A stretch of 64,000 nucleotides of DNA from an uncultured Bacilli bacterium (GCA_947626825.1 CANQTM010000005.1:236-64235), one strand, 5' to 3'; counted from the stretch's first letter, positions 8,486 through 18,890 are shown. Notes: generated from the letters alone by a model not told the origin. Numbers and translations: made by a program.

Positions 8486-8507
8486 CACATTAAATATATT
8501 TAATGTG
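8486..8507. promoter_or_regulatory. Perfect 22-bp palindrome CACATTAAATATATTTAATGTG immediately upstream of the uppS SD
   Basis: Read directly; the sequence equals its own reverse complement. It ends 3-4 nt before the AGGAG SD of uppS. Confidence 0.6.
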
Positions 8508-8523
8508 AGTTAGGAGTGGTATA

Positions 8524-9246
8524 ATGGAAATACTTAATAATGAAAACATTAAAATTCCAGAACATATAGCAATTATTTTAGATGGAAATGGTCGTTGGGC
8601 TTTAAAAAGAGGGTTAATAAGAACCATGGGCCATAAAGTTGGTGCCGAAACGATGAGAAAAACTATAAATTATGCTTTTTCATTAGGTGTTAAAGTTTTA
8701 TCACTTTTTTGTTTTTCAACTGAAAATTGGAAACGTGATAAAGAAGAAATAGCTTATTTATTTACTTTGCCAATTGAATATTTTAATAAATATACTGATA
8801 AATTAATTGAAGAAGATGTAAAAGTAGTTGTATCAGGAGATATAAGTGTTTTACCTAAAGAAACTATGCTTGCTTGTGATAAGGCAATTTTGAAAACTAA
8901 AAATTGTAAATCATATGTTTTAAATATTTGCCTTAATTATGGAGGAAAAGCAGAAATAATTAGAGCATGTAAACAAATTGTTAATGATGTTAATTCAAAT
9001 AAATTATTATTAGAAAATTTAAATGAAAAAACTTTTGAAAATTATTTATATACCAAAAATTTACCTCCTGTTGATTTATTAATTAGAACTAGTAATGAAA
9101 AAAGAATTTCCAATTTTATGCTTTGGCAAATTGCTTATGCTGAAATTTATTTTACTAAAACATTATGGCCAGCTTTTACTAAAAAAGATTTAGATAAAGC
9201 TATTGAAGAATATAATCATAGACAAAGAAGATTTGGAGGTGTTTGA
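8524..9246 (+). CDS. uppS: Undecaprenyl-diphosphate synthase (cis-prenyltransferase)
   Basis: HIAIILDGNGRWA...GH..G... and ...RTSNEKRISNFMLWQ.AYAE.YF are UPPS hallmarks. Confidence 0.93.
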   Translation: MEILNNENIKIPEHIAIILDGNGRWALKRGLIRTMGHKVGAETMRKTINYAFSLGVKVLSLFCFSTENWKRDKEEIAYLFTLPIEYFNKYTDKLIEEDVKVVVSGDISVLPKETMLACDKAILKTKNCKSYVLNICLNYGGKAEIIRACKQIVNDVNSNKLLLENLNEKTFENYLYTKNLPPVDLLIRTSNEKRISNFMLWQIAYAEIYFTKTLWPAFTKKDLDKAIEEYNHRQRRFGGV

Positions 9247-9247
9247 T

Positions 9248-10138
9248 ATGAAAACTAGAATCATCACTGGTGCTATTTTAGTTTTAGTTGTATCTCCATT
9301 TGTTGGCTTTGGTGGTTATGCAATGGCTGCATTTGTAGCTATTTTATTTGGTATTGGCATGTATGAATTATTAAATATTAAAAAGAAAGCTAATTTAGAA
9401 AAAATTCCTATATATATTTATATTCTTAGTGCTATTTTTGGATTATTAATGATTTTTGATATTCCTTATATAAGTGAATATGCTATTGATTATACAAATA
9501 ATGCTTTGCTTTATAATTATGGAATAAATATTTTATGGCTTGCTTTATTTATTGTTACGATTTTTACTGCATCATTATTTGATGAAAAATATAGTTTAAT
9601 TGATGTTCTTTATACTTTTACTACAATTATATATTTAGTTATAGGTCTTAAAGGACTTTTGTATTTAAGATCTTATGAAAATAATCAAGGATTATTATTG
9701 GTAATTTATGTTTTATTAGTTACTTGCATTACTGATATTTTTGCATATTTTGGTGGTATGACTTGTTATAAAATTTTAGGTAATGATAAAGTACATAAAC
9801 TTAATGAAAGAATTTCTCCTAAAAAGACTATTGAAGGAACAATAATTGGAACTATTTTTGGCATAATAGCTGGTTTTATTTTTGCTATGTGTTTATTTAA
9901 TAAAGTAGAATCATTACCAATTCATCATTGGGCAATTTATTTATTATTATCTTTTATTGTTTCAATTGTTGGCCAAATAGGTGATTTAATTTTATCATCA
10001 ATAAAAAGATATTTTGCTGTTAAAGATTATTCAAAATTATTACCAGGACATGGTGGCTTATTAGATCGTATTGATAGTTTATTAATAAATTGTATGGCAA
10101 CAGCAACATTTCTTAGTCTTTTAACTTTTTTTGCCTGA
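9248..10138 (+). CDS. cdsA: Phosphatidate cytidylyltransferase
   Basis: Polytopic protein with the C-terminal signature SSIKRYFAVKDYSKLLPGHGGLLDRIDS. The ATG at 9248 is preceded by GGAGGTG. The track start at 9203 lies inside uppS. Confidence 0.9.
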   Translation: MKTRIITGAILVLVVSPFVGFGGYAMAAFVAILFGIGMYELLNIKKKANLEKIPIYIYILSAIFGLLMIFDIPYISEYAIDYTNNALLYNYGINILWLALFIVTIFTASLFDEKYSLIDVLYTFTTIIYLVIGLKGLLYLRSYENNQGLLLVIYVLLVTCITDIFAYFGGMTCYKILGNDKVHKLNERISPKKTIEGTIIGTIFGIIAGFIFAMCLFNKVESLPIHHWAIYLLLSFIVSIVGQIGDLILSSIKRYFAVKDYSKLLPGHGGLLDRIDSLLINCMATATFLSLLTFFA

Positions 10139-10147
10139 GGTAAATTT

Positions 10148-11281
10148 ATGAAGAAAATAATATTATTAGGTGCGAGTGGTTCAATTGGAACTAGTACCAT
10201 TGAAGTTTTAAGAAAACACAAAAATAAATTTCGTTTAATTGGATTTAGTGTTTATAGTAAAACATCATTTATTGAACCAATATTACAAGAATTTAAATAT
10301 GTTAAATTTGTAGGTGTTAAATCATTAAAAGAAATAAAGCCATTAATTTCTAAATATCCTAAAGTTACTTTTTTAGAAGATATTTCTAAAGTTGCTTCCT
10401 ACAAATGCGATATTGTAGTTAATGCTATTGTTGGCTTTGCTGGTTTAAAACCAACAATAAGTGCTATTAAAGCAAATAATAATATTGCTTTAGCCAATAA
10501 AGAAACTCTAGTGGTTGCAGGTCAATTAATCAAAAAATTAGCCAAACATTATAATGTTTCTATTACTCCAATTGATTCTGAACATTCGGCTATTTTCCAA
10601 TGCTTAGAAAAAGAAAATAAGCCAAATAAAATTATTTTAACAGCATCAGGTGGACCATTTTTTAGAAAAAGTTTACAAGATTTAGAAAAAGTCACTTTAG
10701 ATGATGCTTTAAAACATCCAACATGGCAAATGGGGCCAAAGATTACTATTGATTCTGCTACAATGTTTAACAAAGCTTTTGAAATTATTGAAGCATATTA
10801 TCTATTTGATGTAAATGTTGATCAAATATCTGTGTTAATACACCCACAAAGTATTGTTCATTCTTTAGTAGCATTTAATGATGGTTCATTAAAGGCTCAT
10901 CTTGCAATAAGTGATATGAAAATACCGATTGCTTATGCATTGTCATATCCATTAAGACTTAATGATGTAACTAAGCAATTACAATTAGATGAAGTTTCTA
11001 ATCTAGAATTTTATAAACCTGATTTAAAAAGATTTAAGCCTTTACAATTAGCTTATGATGTTTTAGAAAAGAAAAATATTTATCCATGTGTTTTAAATGC
11101 TGCTAATGAAGAAGCAGTTAAGTTATTTTTAGATAAAAAAATTAAGTTCTTAGACATTATTGATATTGTTGAGAAAACTTTAAAAGCAACTAAACCAATT
11201 TCTGGCACTTTAACTTTTAAAAAAATTATTGAAGCTGATAAGTGGGCTAGAGGCTATGTAAGGAGGATGTTTGATTTATGA
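10148..11281 (+). CDS. dxr: 1-deoxy-D-xylulose 5-phosphate reductoisomerase
   Basis: MKKIILLGASGSIGTST... , LANKE.LV, PIDSEHSAIFQCL, and DSATMFNK..E.IEA are all present. Confidence 0.93.
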   Translation: MKKIILLGASGSIGTSTIEVLRKHKNKFRLIGFSVYSKTSFIEPILQEFKYVKFVGVKSLKEIKPLISKYPKVTFLEDISKVASYKCDIVVNAIVGFAGLKPTISAIKANNNIALANKETLVVAGQLIKKLAKHYNVSITPIDSEHSAIFQCLEKENKPNKIILTASGGPFFRKSLQDLEKVTLDDALKHPTWQMGPKITIDSATMFNKAFEIIEAYYLFDVNVDQISVLIHPQSIVHSLVAFNDGSLKAHLAISDMKIPIAYALSYPLRLNDVTKQLQLDEVSNLEFYKPDLKRFKPLQLAYDVLEKKNIYPCVLNAANEEAVKLFLDKKIKFLDIIDIVEKTLKATKPISGTLTFKKIIEADKWARGYVRRMFDL

Positions 11282-12507
11282 TTTTATTTGTCTTTGGATT
11301 ATCAAAAATATTTACAATTATATTATTTTTAATAATTATTTGTTTTTTGATTGCTTGGCACGAACTAGGCCATTTAATTGCAGCAAAAAAGTGTAATGTT
11401 TATTGTTATGAATATTCAATTGGTTTTGGTCCATTAATTTATCGTAATAAAAAACATGAAACACATTTTTGTATTAGAGCAATACCTTTAGGTGGTTTTG
11501 TTAAAATGGCTGGTGAAGAAGGTTTAGAAGAAGGCGAAAAAATACAAGATAATGATGGAAAAGAAATACCTAATGATAGAATTTTATCTAATAAATCAAA
11601 AGGTAAACGAGCTTTAGTTATGGCAGCAGGTGGCCTTATGAATATGATTTTGGCTATTTTTTGCTTTTACTTTTTTGTTTCTTTTAACCATCCAATTCAA
11701 GGAGATAAATTTACTACTGGTTTTATTCAACAAATTCATTCAAATGAAATATTTGTTGGTGAAGATTCTTTGCTTTCAAAAGCTGGAATGGAAAATAATG
11801 ATAAAATTATAAAAATAGAAACTAGATTAACAAATGAAGAATCTTATCAAGAATTCAAAACCAATAGTTTTAGTAAAATTCAAAAAGCATTAGATAAAAA
11901 GGCTCCACAAAATGTTGGAGATGTTCAAGAAATAAAAATAACATATCAAGATGCCAATGAAGATTATGCTGAAAAAACTATTACTGTTACAAGAGAAAAA
12001 CATTTAATTAAAGATGAAAATAACAAAGATGTTGAAGAAATAAGTAAAATTGGCTTATCGCAAGCTTATAAAATTTGTGAATATAATGCGATTACAGGAA
12101 TATGGGGAACATTTCATTTTACAGGATATTATGCTTTGGAAGTTTGCCGTGCTTTTGGTCAATTATTTACAGGTGACTTTTCAGGATTATCAGGTTTAGT
12201 TGGTATATATCAAACTGTTGATGATGTTGCTACTGATTCATATGGTGTTGGCATTGGCGCAACTATGATTAATATGATTTATTTAATAGGGGCTATATCA
12301 TTTTCACTTGGATTTTTTAATTTAATTCCGTTTCCTGCTTTAGATGGTGGTAGACTATTCTTTGTTGGTATTGAAGCTATTACTAAAAAGAAAGTTAATC
12401 CAAAAGTTGAAGGAATGATTCATACAGTAGGCTTATTTATTTTATTTGCTTTAATGATTATTATTAATATTCGCGATATTATGAATTTATTTGTATTATT
12501 GATTTAA
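11278..12507 (+). CDS. rseP: RIP (site-2) zinc metalloprotease RseP/RasP
   Basis: The HELGH motif is near the N-terminus, there is a central PDZ-like region, and NLIPFPALDGG is near the C-terminus. The start overlaps the dxr stop (ATGA). Confidence 0.9.
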   Translation: MILFVFGLSKIFTIILFLIIICFLIAWHELGHLIAAKKCNVYCYEYSIGFGPLIYRNKKHETHFCIRAIPLGGFVKMAGEEGLEEGEKIQDNDGKEIPNDRILSNKSKGKRALVMAAGGLMNMILAIFCFYFFVSFNHPIQGDKFTTGFIQQIHSNEIFVGEDSLLSKAGMENNDKIIKIETRLTNEESYQEFKTNSFSKIQKALDKKAPQNVGDVQEIKITYQDANEDYAEKTITVTREKHLIKDENNKDVEEISKIGLSQAYKICEYNAITGIWGTFHFTGYYALEVCRAFGQLFTGDFSGLSGLVGIYQTVDDVATDSYGVGIGATMINMIYLIGAISFSLGFFNLIPFPALDGGRLFFVGIEAITKKKVNPKVEGMIHTVGLFILFALMIIINIRDIMNLFVLLI

Positions 12508-12531
12508 AAAGTGTTGTTAGGGGGCAATAAA

Positions 12532-15500
12532 ATGGATGATCAATTATTAGATATTTTAAATAAATTACGTGTTGGAAAATTTTATTTTCCTTATTTTGAA
12601 GGTGGAAAATTAACTAAATATTCTTATATTAAAGAAAGAAAATTGTATATTATTAATTTGCAATTAAAGGCCCCTCTTCCTGCATTTTTATATATTTCTT
12701 TGCATAATTCTTTTCAAACTTATTTAAAAAAACATGATAAAGATGTTAAAGTGGCTTTATATATTATTTTAGAAGAGCCTTGTTTTGATAGCAAAGTTGT
12801 TAAAGATTACATTGTTAGCTATGTTGAAAACAAATTACCAAATTCTAATGATTTTTCTTTTTTTAAAGAACAATCAATGCATATTCGCGATAATTTAATT
12901 AAAATTACTTATTCTAGCATGGTCAAAGAAAAAATGTTAATGGATATAAAAAATAAATTAGAAAATTTTTTACATGCTGCTGGTTTTATACAACTAAATA
13001 TTGATTTTGTTTTTGATGAACCAGATGACAATCTTTTTGATTATAATAAAGATAGAGAAGAATATGAAACATTATTTGAAAAATATACAATTGAGAAAAA
13101 AAATATCGAAAAGAAATCAGATTATGGTTTTAATAGAACTTCTCGTCCTTCTTTTAATAATATAACATTTCAAAGAGTAGAACTTGATTCTATACCTGTT
13201 GATGTTAAAGATATTGAAGTAGAAGTTAAAGTTTTTGATGTTAAACCTGAGGGTAAAGGTGATAAAAAACTTAAAATAGGTGTAACTAATTATAAAGATT
13301 CATATACAGTTCATGTATGGACAACTAAAGATCAAAATTTAGATTATTACATGCAATTTTTAAATAAATGGGTTAACTTAAAAGGAAGTTTAGTTTTTAA
13401 TAGTTATGAAACTGAAGAAACTATTAATTTATATCAACTTGAAGAGATTGAAAGTAAAGATGAAGAAAAAATAGATGATGAACCTATTAAAAGGGTTGAA
13501 CTTCATTTTCATACAAATATGTCTGCAATGGATGGAATTTGTGATGTTTCTGATATTGTAAAACAGGCTGCTAAATTCAATCATAAAGCGATTGCTATAA
13601 CAGATCATAATGCTGTTCAATCATTTCCTGGTGCTCAAAAAATTCAAGCAGAATTAAAGAAAAAAGGTCAAGACATAAAAATACTTTATGGTATTGAATT
13701 AAATATGGCACCTAGAAGTTTAGATATTATAACAAATCCAACTAAAATTGATTTAAAAGATGCAACATATGTCTTTTTTGATTTAGAAACTTCAGGATTG
13801 TCATGTAAATATGATGATATTATTGAATTTGGTGCCGTCAAAGTCAAAAATAATAAAGAATTAGAACGAATTGATTTATTGATTAATCCTGGACATGAAG
13901 TGAGTAATTTTACTTCTAATTTGACAGGAATTACAAATGAAATGTTAAAAAATAAACCTTCCATTCAAGAAGTTTTACCAAAAATTAAAGAATTTATAAA
14001 AGATTGTATTTTAGTTGCTCACAATGCTTCTTTTGATATTGGTTTTTTAACTCAAGCATTTGGTTATAAAATAGAAAATCCAACAATTGATACATTACCT
14101 TTGTGTCGCTATCTTTTTGAAAATGAAAAAAGATATACTTTAGGTGGTTTATGTCGTTCTAAAAATATTGATTATGATGAAGAAAGTGCTCATAGAGGTG
14201 ATTATGATGCTGAAGTATTAAAAGAATTATACATTGCCGCTATATTACCTGAACTTGAATTAAAACACATTGAACTATCTCATGATGTTTTAGGCACATT
14301 ACAATCAAATAATGTTACAAGAAAAATGCATCCATATCATGTTAATATTTTAGTTAAAAACATGATTGGCATGAAAAATTTATTTAAAATTTTAACAATT
14401 GCTAATACAGATTATTTTACAGCACAAGCTTTAGTACCTCCTGAAGTTATTGATGAACATAAAGAAGGTTTGATTATTGGTTCATCATGTGCTAGAGGTG
14501 AAATATTTGAACTTGCTTCTACAAAAAGTGAAGAAGAAGTTATAAAAATCATGGAATGGTATGATTATATAGAAATTCAACCTCTTGATCAATATCAAAT
14601 ATTAGTTGATACTGAAAAAGTTGAATCAATGGAAAAAGTTAAAAAAATCATAAAGTTCATTATTGATTGTGCTAATAAAGCCAATAAACCTATTTGTGCT
14701 ACTGGGGACGCTCATTATATTGATGCAACCCAAGCTATTGCTAGAGAAGTATTTATTTCTACACCAGCCATTGGTGGTGGCTATCACCCTTTATTTGATT
14801 ATCAACATCGAATTGAAAAATATCCAATTCAAGATTTTAAGACAACAAGACAAATGTTAGATGCTTTTAGTTGGCTTGGCGAAGGAAAAGCATATGAATA
14901 TGTTGTTACAAATACAAATAAAATAGCTGATATGATTGAATATTGTTATCCAATCAAAGATCGTTTATACCCACCATCAATTCCAGATTCTGATGAACAA
15001 TTGAAAAATTCATGTTATGAAAATGCTCATAAAATGTATGGAGAACATTTACCAGAAATTGTGGAAAATCGATTAAAAAGAGAACTTGATTGTATAATAA
15101 ATAATGGCTATTCAATTATGTATGTTATTGCTGCAAAATGTGTTAAACATTCAAATGAACAAGGATTTTTAGTTGGATCTCGTGGCTCGGTTGGTTCATC
15201 ATTTGCAGCAACTTGTGCTGGAATTACAGAAGTTAATCCTTTAAAACCACATTATCGATGTCCAAATTGTAAATATAGTGATTTTAATATAGATGAAAAC
15301 ATATATCGTTCAGGATTTGATCTTGAAGATAAAAACTGTCCTGTTTGTGGACATAAGTTAATTGGAGATGGTCATAATATTCCGTTTGAAACATTTTTAG
15401 GATTTAATGGCGATAAAGTACCTGATATTGATTTGAATTTTTCAGCTTTAAATCAAGCAGATTCCCACTTATTTATTAGAGAAATGTTTGGAAAAGATCA

Positions 15501-16845
15501 TGTATTTAGAGCAGGAACAATTGCTTCAGCAGCAAGTAAAACAGCTTTTGGCTATGCCAAAAAATATTATGAAACTTTAGGCATTGAAATTAAAAATGCT
15601 GAAGCTGGACGTATTGCATTAATGTGTGAAGGTGTCAAAAGAACAACTGGTCAACATCCTGGAGGTTTAATTGTTATACCAGAAGATATGGATGTTTATG
15701 ATTTTACACCTGTTGGTCATCCTGCTGATGATATTGATTCTGAATGGTTAACAACACATTTTGCTTTTGAAGCTATTCATGATAATGTTTTAAAACTTGA
15801 TATGTTAGGACATGTTGATCCAACAGTTATGCGTATGTTAGAAAATCTTACTGGAATTGATCCTCATGATATTCCATTAAATGATAAAAAAGTTATTGCC
15901 ATGTTTAATGGTGAATCTGTTATAGATAACCCTCATTTAACTGCTGTAGGGCTGCCAGAATTTGGTACTACAGTAGCAAGAAAGATGCTTGTTGATACAA
16001 AACCTACAACATTTGCTGATTTAACAAAAATATCAGGATTGTCACATGGTACTGATGTCTTTTTTGGAAATATTAGAGATTTAATATTATCCAATACATG
16101 TAGTATTGTTGATTGTATTGGTTGTCGAGATGATATTATGTTAACATTGATGTCTTATGGAGTTAAACCTTTAGATTCATTTAAAATCATGGAAGCCGTT
16201 AGAAAAGGTAAAAAAATATCACCTGAATATGAAAAAATGTTACATGAAAATGATGTTCCTCAATGGTTTATCGATGCATGTCAAAAAATCAAATATCTAT
16301 TTCCTAAAGCCCATGCAGTTGCTTATAGTTTAATGGCTGTTAGAATTGCTTGGTTTAAACTTTATTATCCATTAGAATATTATGCAACATATTTTACATG
16401 GCGTAGTGATGCTTATGATATCGAAACTATGGTTAGTGGGCTTGGAGCTATAAAAAGTAGTTTTATAGCTATTGGAGATAAGATAAAAAATAATATTAAA
16501 TTAACTACAAAAGAAAATGGTTTGTATCCTTTTTTGGAAGTTGCTATTGAAATGTTTCAAAGAGGTTATAAATTTTTAAATATTGATCTTGAAAAATCAG
16601 ATGCCAATGAATTTGTTGTTGATTATGAAAATAAAGCTTTAATTCCTCCATTTAAAATTTTAGATGGCATTGGTACTAATGCTGCAAATTCAGTTATTGA
16701 AGCTCGCAAAAATGGACCTTTCTTATCTAAAAATGATTTAAAGAAAAGAACTAAACTAAATGATACAAATTTGAAATTATTAGAAAAAATTGGCGTTTTA
16801 AAAGATTTAAATGAATCAGATCAATTAACATTGTTTAATTTTTAA
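12532..16845 (+). CDS. polC: DNA polymerase III PolC-type alpha subunit
   Basis: 1437 aa. It has a PHP region (VELHFHTNMSAMDG), an inserted DEDDh exonuclease (FFDLETSG...AHNASFD) and a pol III core. The ATG at 12532 follows AGGGGG. The track's GTG at 12511 has no SD. Confidence 0.95.
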   Translation: MDDQLLDILNKLRVGKFYFPYFEGGKLTKYSYIKERKLYIINLQLKAPLPAFLYISLHNSFQTYLKKHDKDVKVALYIILEEPCFDSKVVKDYIVSYVENKLPNSNDFSFFKEQSMHIRDNLIKITYSSMVKEKMLMDIKNKLENFLHAAGFIQLNIDFVFDEPDDNLFDYNKDREEYETLFEKYTIEKKNIEKKSDYGFNRTSRPSFNNITFQRVELDSIPVDVKDIEVEVKVFDVKPEGKGDKKLKIGVTNYKDSYTVHVWTTKDQNLDYYMQFLNKWVNLKGSLVFNSYETEETINLYQLEEIESKDEEKIDDEPIKRVELHFHTNMSAMDGICDVSDIVKQAAKFNHKAIAITDHNAVQSFPGAQKIQAELKKKGQDIKILYGIELNMAPRSLDIITNPTKIDLKDATYVFFDLETSGLSCKYDDIIEFGAVKVKNNKELERIDLLINPGHEVSNFTSNLTGITNEMLKNKPSIQEVLPKIKEFIKDCILVAHNASFDIGFLTQAFGYKIENPTIDTLPLCRYLFENEKRYTLGGLCRSKNIDYDEESAHRGDYDAEVLKELYIAAILPELELKHIELSHDVLGTLQSNNVTRKMHPYHVNILVKNMIGMKNLFKILTIANTDYFTAQALVPPEVIDEHKEGLIIGSSCARGEIFELASTKSEEEVIKIMEWYDYIEIQPLDQYQILVDTEKVESMEKVKKIIKFIIDCANKANKPICATGDAHYIDATQAIAREVFISTPAIGGGYHPLFDYQHRIEKYPIQDFKTTRQMLDAFSWLGEGKAYEYVVTNTNKIADMIEYCYPIKDRLYPPSIPDSDEQLKNSCYENAHKMYGEHLPEIVENRLKRELDCIINNGYSIMYVIAAKCVKHSNEQGFLVGSRGSVGSSFAATCAGITEVNPLKPHYRCPNCKYSDFNIDENIYRSGFDLEDKNCPVCGHKLIGDGHNIPFETFLGFNGDKVPDIDLNFSALNQADSHLFIREMFGKDHVFRAGTIASAASKTAFGYAKKYYETLGIEIKNAEAGRIALMCEGVKRTTGQHPGGLIVIPEDMDVYDFTPVGHPADDIDSEWLTTHFAFEAIHDNVLKLDMLGHVDPTVMRMLENLTGIDPHDIPLNDKKVIAMFNGESVIDNPHLTAVGLPEFGTTVARKMLVDTKPTTFADLTKISGLSHGTDVFFGNIRDLILSNTCSIVDCIGCRDDIMLTLMSYGVKPLDSFKIMEAVRKGKKISPEYEKMLHENDVPQWFIDACQKIKYLFPKAHAVAYSLMAVRIAWFKLYYPLEYYATYFTWRSDAYDIETMVSGLGAIKSSFIAIGDKIKNNIKLTTKENGLYPFLEVAIEMFQRGYKFLNIDLEKSDANEFVVDYENKALIPPFKILDGIGTNAANSVIEARKNGPFLSKNDLKKRTKLNDTNLKLLEKIGVLKDLNESDQLTLFNF

Positions 16846-16872
16846 AAAAAATGATGATTATTTTACTATATT

Positions 16873-16925
16873 GGTTTATAATTTTAAACGAAAGGGAAAT
16901 TTAAAAATTATAAACCCTTTTATTT
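16873..16925 (+). terminator. Rho-independent terminator after polC
   Basis: A 13-bp stem GGTTTATAATTTT (16873-16885)/AAAATTATAAACC (16904-16916), followed by CTTTTATTT. Confidence 0.65.
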
Positions 16926-16947
16926 ATTAAAGATAAGGAAACTATAT

Positions 16948-17730
16948 ATGACTAATTTAGCAATTGTTTTGACTTGTTTAGATAATAAAGATTTCAAATC
17001 ATATGTTAATCAAACATCTTCATATATGTTTTTTATTTTAAACGACCATATTATTAATTACACTAAAGATTATTTATCTAATAGTGATATTGCTAAAACA
17101 TTTTTTGTAACAAAAAATAATGATAAAATAAATGATATTTTAGATAATCCAATAATAGTTAATGAAAACAATTTAAAAGAAAAATTATTAAATGAAAATT
17201 ATGATAATATTATTTTAATTAATAAATGTTTACCTTTATTAACTTCTAAAACGATTAATAAATTATTAAAAGCGCATCAAGATAAGCAATTTGATATTTC
17301 TTATTTTGATGGTTTTTATATTTTTAGTAAATCTATTTTTATAAATAAATATTTAAATAGCAATTTGTTAAATATTAATATTGTTGATTCTTTAAAAAGC
17401 AATAAAATAAAAATAAATAATAAAGAATCATTAATAGTTTATAATCGTAAAACTTTAGCAAAAGCTAATGGTTTGATGCAAGATAGAATAAATAATTATT
17501 GGTTAGAAAATGGTGTTAGTATTGAAAGTCCTAAATTAACTTTTATAGGTAAAAATGTTAAGATAGGCAATGATAGTATTATTTATCCTAATACTTATAT
17601 TTATGGTAATACTATGCTAGGCACTAATAGTAAAATAGGACCTAATGCATATATTATAGATAGTTTTATTGATAATGATTATTGCTTAGCAAATTGTATT
17701 ATCAATAAACAAAAATTATTAAAAAAATAA
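16948..17730 (+). CDS. Degenerate, C-terminally truncated GlmU-like protein (possible pseudo-enzyme or relic)
   Basis: 260 aa at the glmU position upstream of prs. It is collinear with GlmU (LAIVLTCLDNKDFKS vs the LAAGxGTRM loop; NKCLPLLTS vs GDTPLL; NGVSIESPKLTFIGKNVKIGNDSIIYPNTYIYG = start of the left-handed beta-helix). The catalytic motifs are lost and the protein ends after about 3 helix turns. Confidence 0.6.
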   Translation: MTNLAIVLTCLDNKDFKSYVNQTSSYMFFILNDHIINYTKDYLSNSDIAKTFFVTKNNDKINDILDNPIIVNENNLKEKLLNENYDNIILINKCLPLLTSKTINKLLKAHQDKQFDISYFDGFYIFSKSIFINKYLNSNLLNINIVDSLKSNKIKINNKESLIVYNRKTLAKANGLMQDRINNYWLENGVSIESPKLTFIGKNVKIGNDSIIYPNTYIYGNTMLGTNSKIGPNAYIIDSFIDNDYCLANCIINKQKLLKK

Positions 17731-17761
17731 AAAGCTAGATGCTACAAGGGAGAGATTAATC

Positions 17762-18727
17762 ATGAAATCACGTTTAAAATTAGTTTCTTTAACAGCCAAC
17801 GAAGAACTAACACACAAAATAGCTTCATATTTAAATGTTGAAGTTATGCAATCACAAATTACTCATTTTGCTGATGGTGAAATTTTATTTGAAGGTAAAC
17901 AATCTTTTAGGGGAGATAATGTATATATTATTCAATCAACATGTGCTCCAGTTACAGAAAGATTAATGGAAGTTTTAATTTGTTGTGATGCATTAAAAAG
18001 AGCATCAGTTCGTTCAATAACATGCATAATGCCTTATTTTGGCTATTCAAGACAAGATCGAAAAGCTAAAGCAAGACAGCCAATAACAGCAAGATTAGTT
18101 GCCGATTTGTTAACTACAGCAGGTTGTCAAAGAATAGTTTGTACAGATTTGCATGCTCCACAAATTCAAGGCTTTTTTAATATTCCAGTTGATGATGTTT
18201 CAGCTTTACCTATTTATTATCGTTATTTTAAAGATTTAAACTTGAAAGATCCAGTTTGTGTTTCTCCCGATCATGGAGGTGTCGTTAGAACATCAAAGTT
18301 AGCTGAAAAATTAAATGCTCCAATAGCTATTATTGATAAACGTCGTCCAAGACCAAATGAAGCTGAAATTTTTGCTATAGTTGGTGATGTCAAAGATAAA
18401 GATTGTATAATTGTTGATGACATTGTCGATACTGCTGGAACTTTATGTCTTGCAGCTTCAAAATTAAAAGAATTAGGGGCAAGACATGTATATGCTGCCA
18501 TTTCACATGGAGTTTTATCAGAACCTGCAGTATCAAGAATTAATGAATCAGCATTAGAACAACTAGTTATTACTGATACTATACCATTACCAAAAGAAAA
18601 AGAAAGTCCTAAAATTGTTGTATTGTCAATGGCTGAATTATTTTCAAGAATAATTGCTGCTTTAGAAAATGGCGAATCATTATCAAATGTACATAAAAAT
18701 TTTGCTAGTGAACATTATAGTGATTAA
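17762..18727 (+). CDS. prs: Ribose-phosphate pyrophosphokinase
   Basis: ...GYSRQDRK... and the PRPP-binding loop CIIVDDIVDTAGT are present. 321 aa. Confidence 0.95.
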   Translation: MKSRLKLVSLTANEELTHKIASYLNVEVMQSQITHFADGEILFEGKQSFRGDNVYIIQSTCAPVTERLMEVLICCDALKRASVRSITCIMPYFGYSRQDRKAKARQPITARLVADLLTTAGCQRIVCTDLHAPQIQGFFNIPVDDVSALPIYYRYFKDLNLKDPVCVSPDHGGVVRTSKLAEKLNAPIAIIDKRRPRPNEAEIFAIVGDVKDKDCIIVDDIVDTAGTLCLAASKLKELGARHVYAAISHGVLSEPAVSRINESALEQLVITDTIPLPKEKESPKIVVLSMAELFSRIIAALENGESLSNVHKNFASEHYSD

Positions 18728-18746
18728 TTCTTTATTTTAATTTTAT

Positions 18747-18786
18747 GGAAACCTATTTGAAATGTAAAATGGGTTTTCTTTTTTTA
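18747..18786 (+). terminator. Rho-independent terminator after prs
   Basis: A 7-bp stem GGAAACC/GGTTTTC (one G:U pair) with an 18-nt loop, followed by a T8 run. Confidence 0.55.
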
Positions 18787-18849
18787 TAATAAAAATTGAC
18801 AAAAATTTTAAAAAAAAGGTTTTATATTATTTTTTAGAAATTAAGCATA

Positions 18850-18858
18850 TGCTATAAT
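18850..18858 (+). promoter_or_regulatory. Extended -10 promoter (TGCTATAAT) of the DUF1538/PII cassette
   Basis: TGCTATAAT lies 33 nt upstream of the ATG. There is no good -35, which is usual for extended -10 promoters. Confidence 0.5.
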
Positions 18859-18890
18859 AAAATTAACAAAGGGAAAGGAGAATAAACTTA

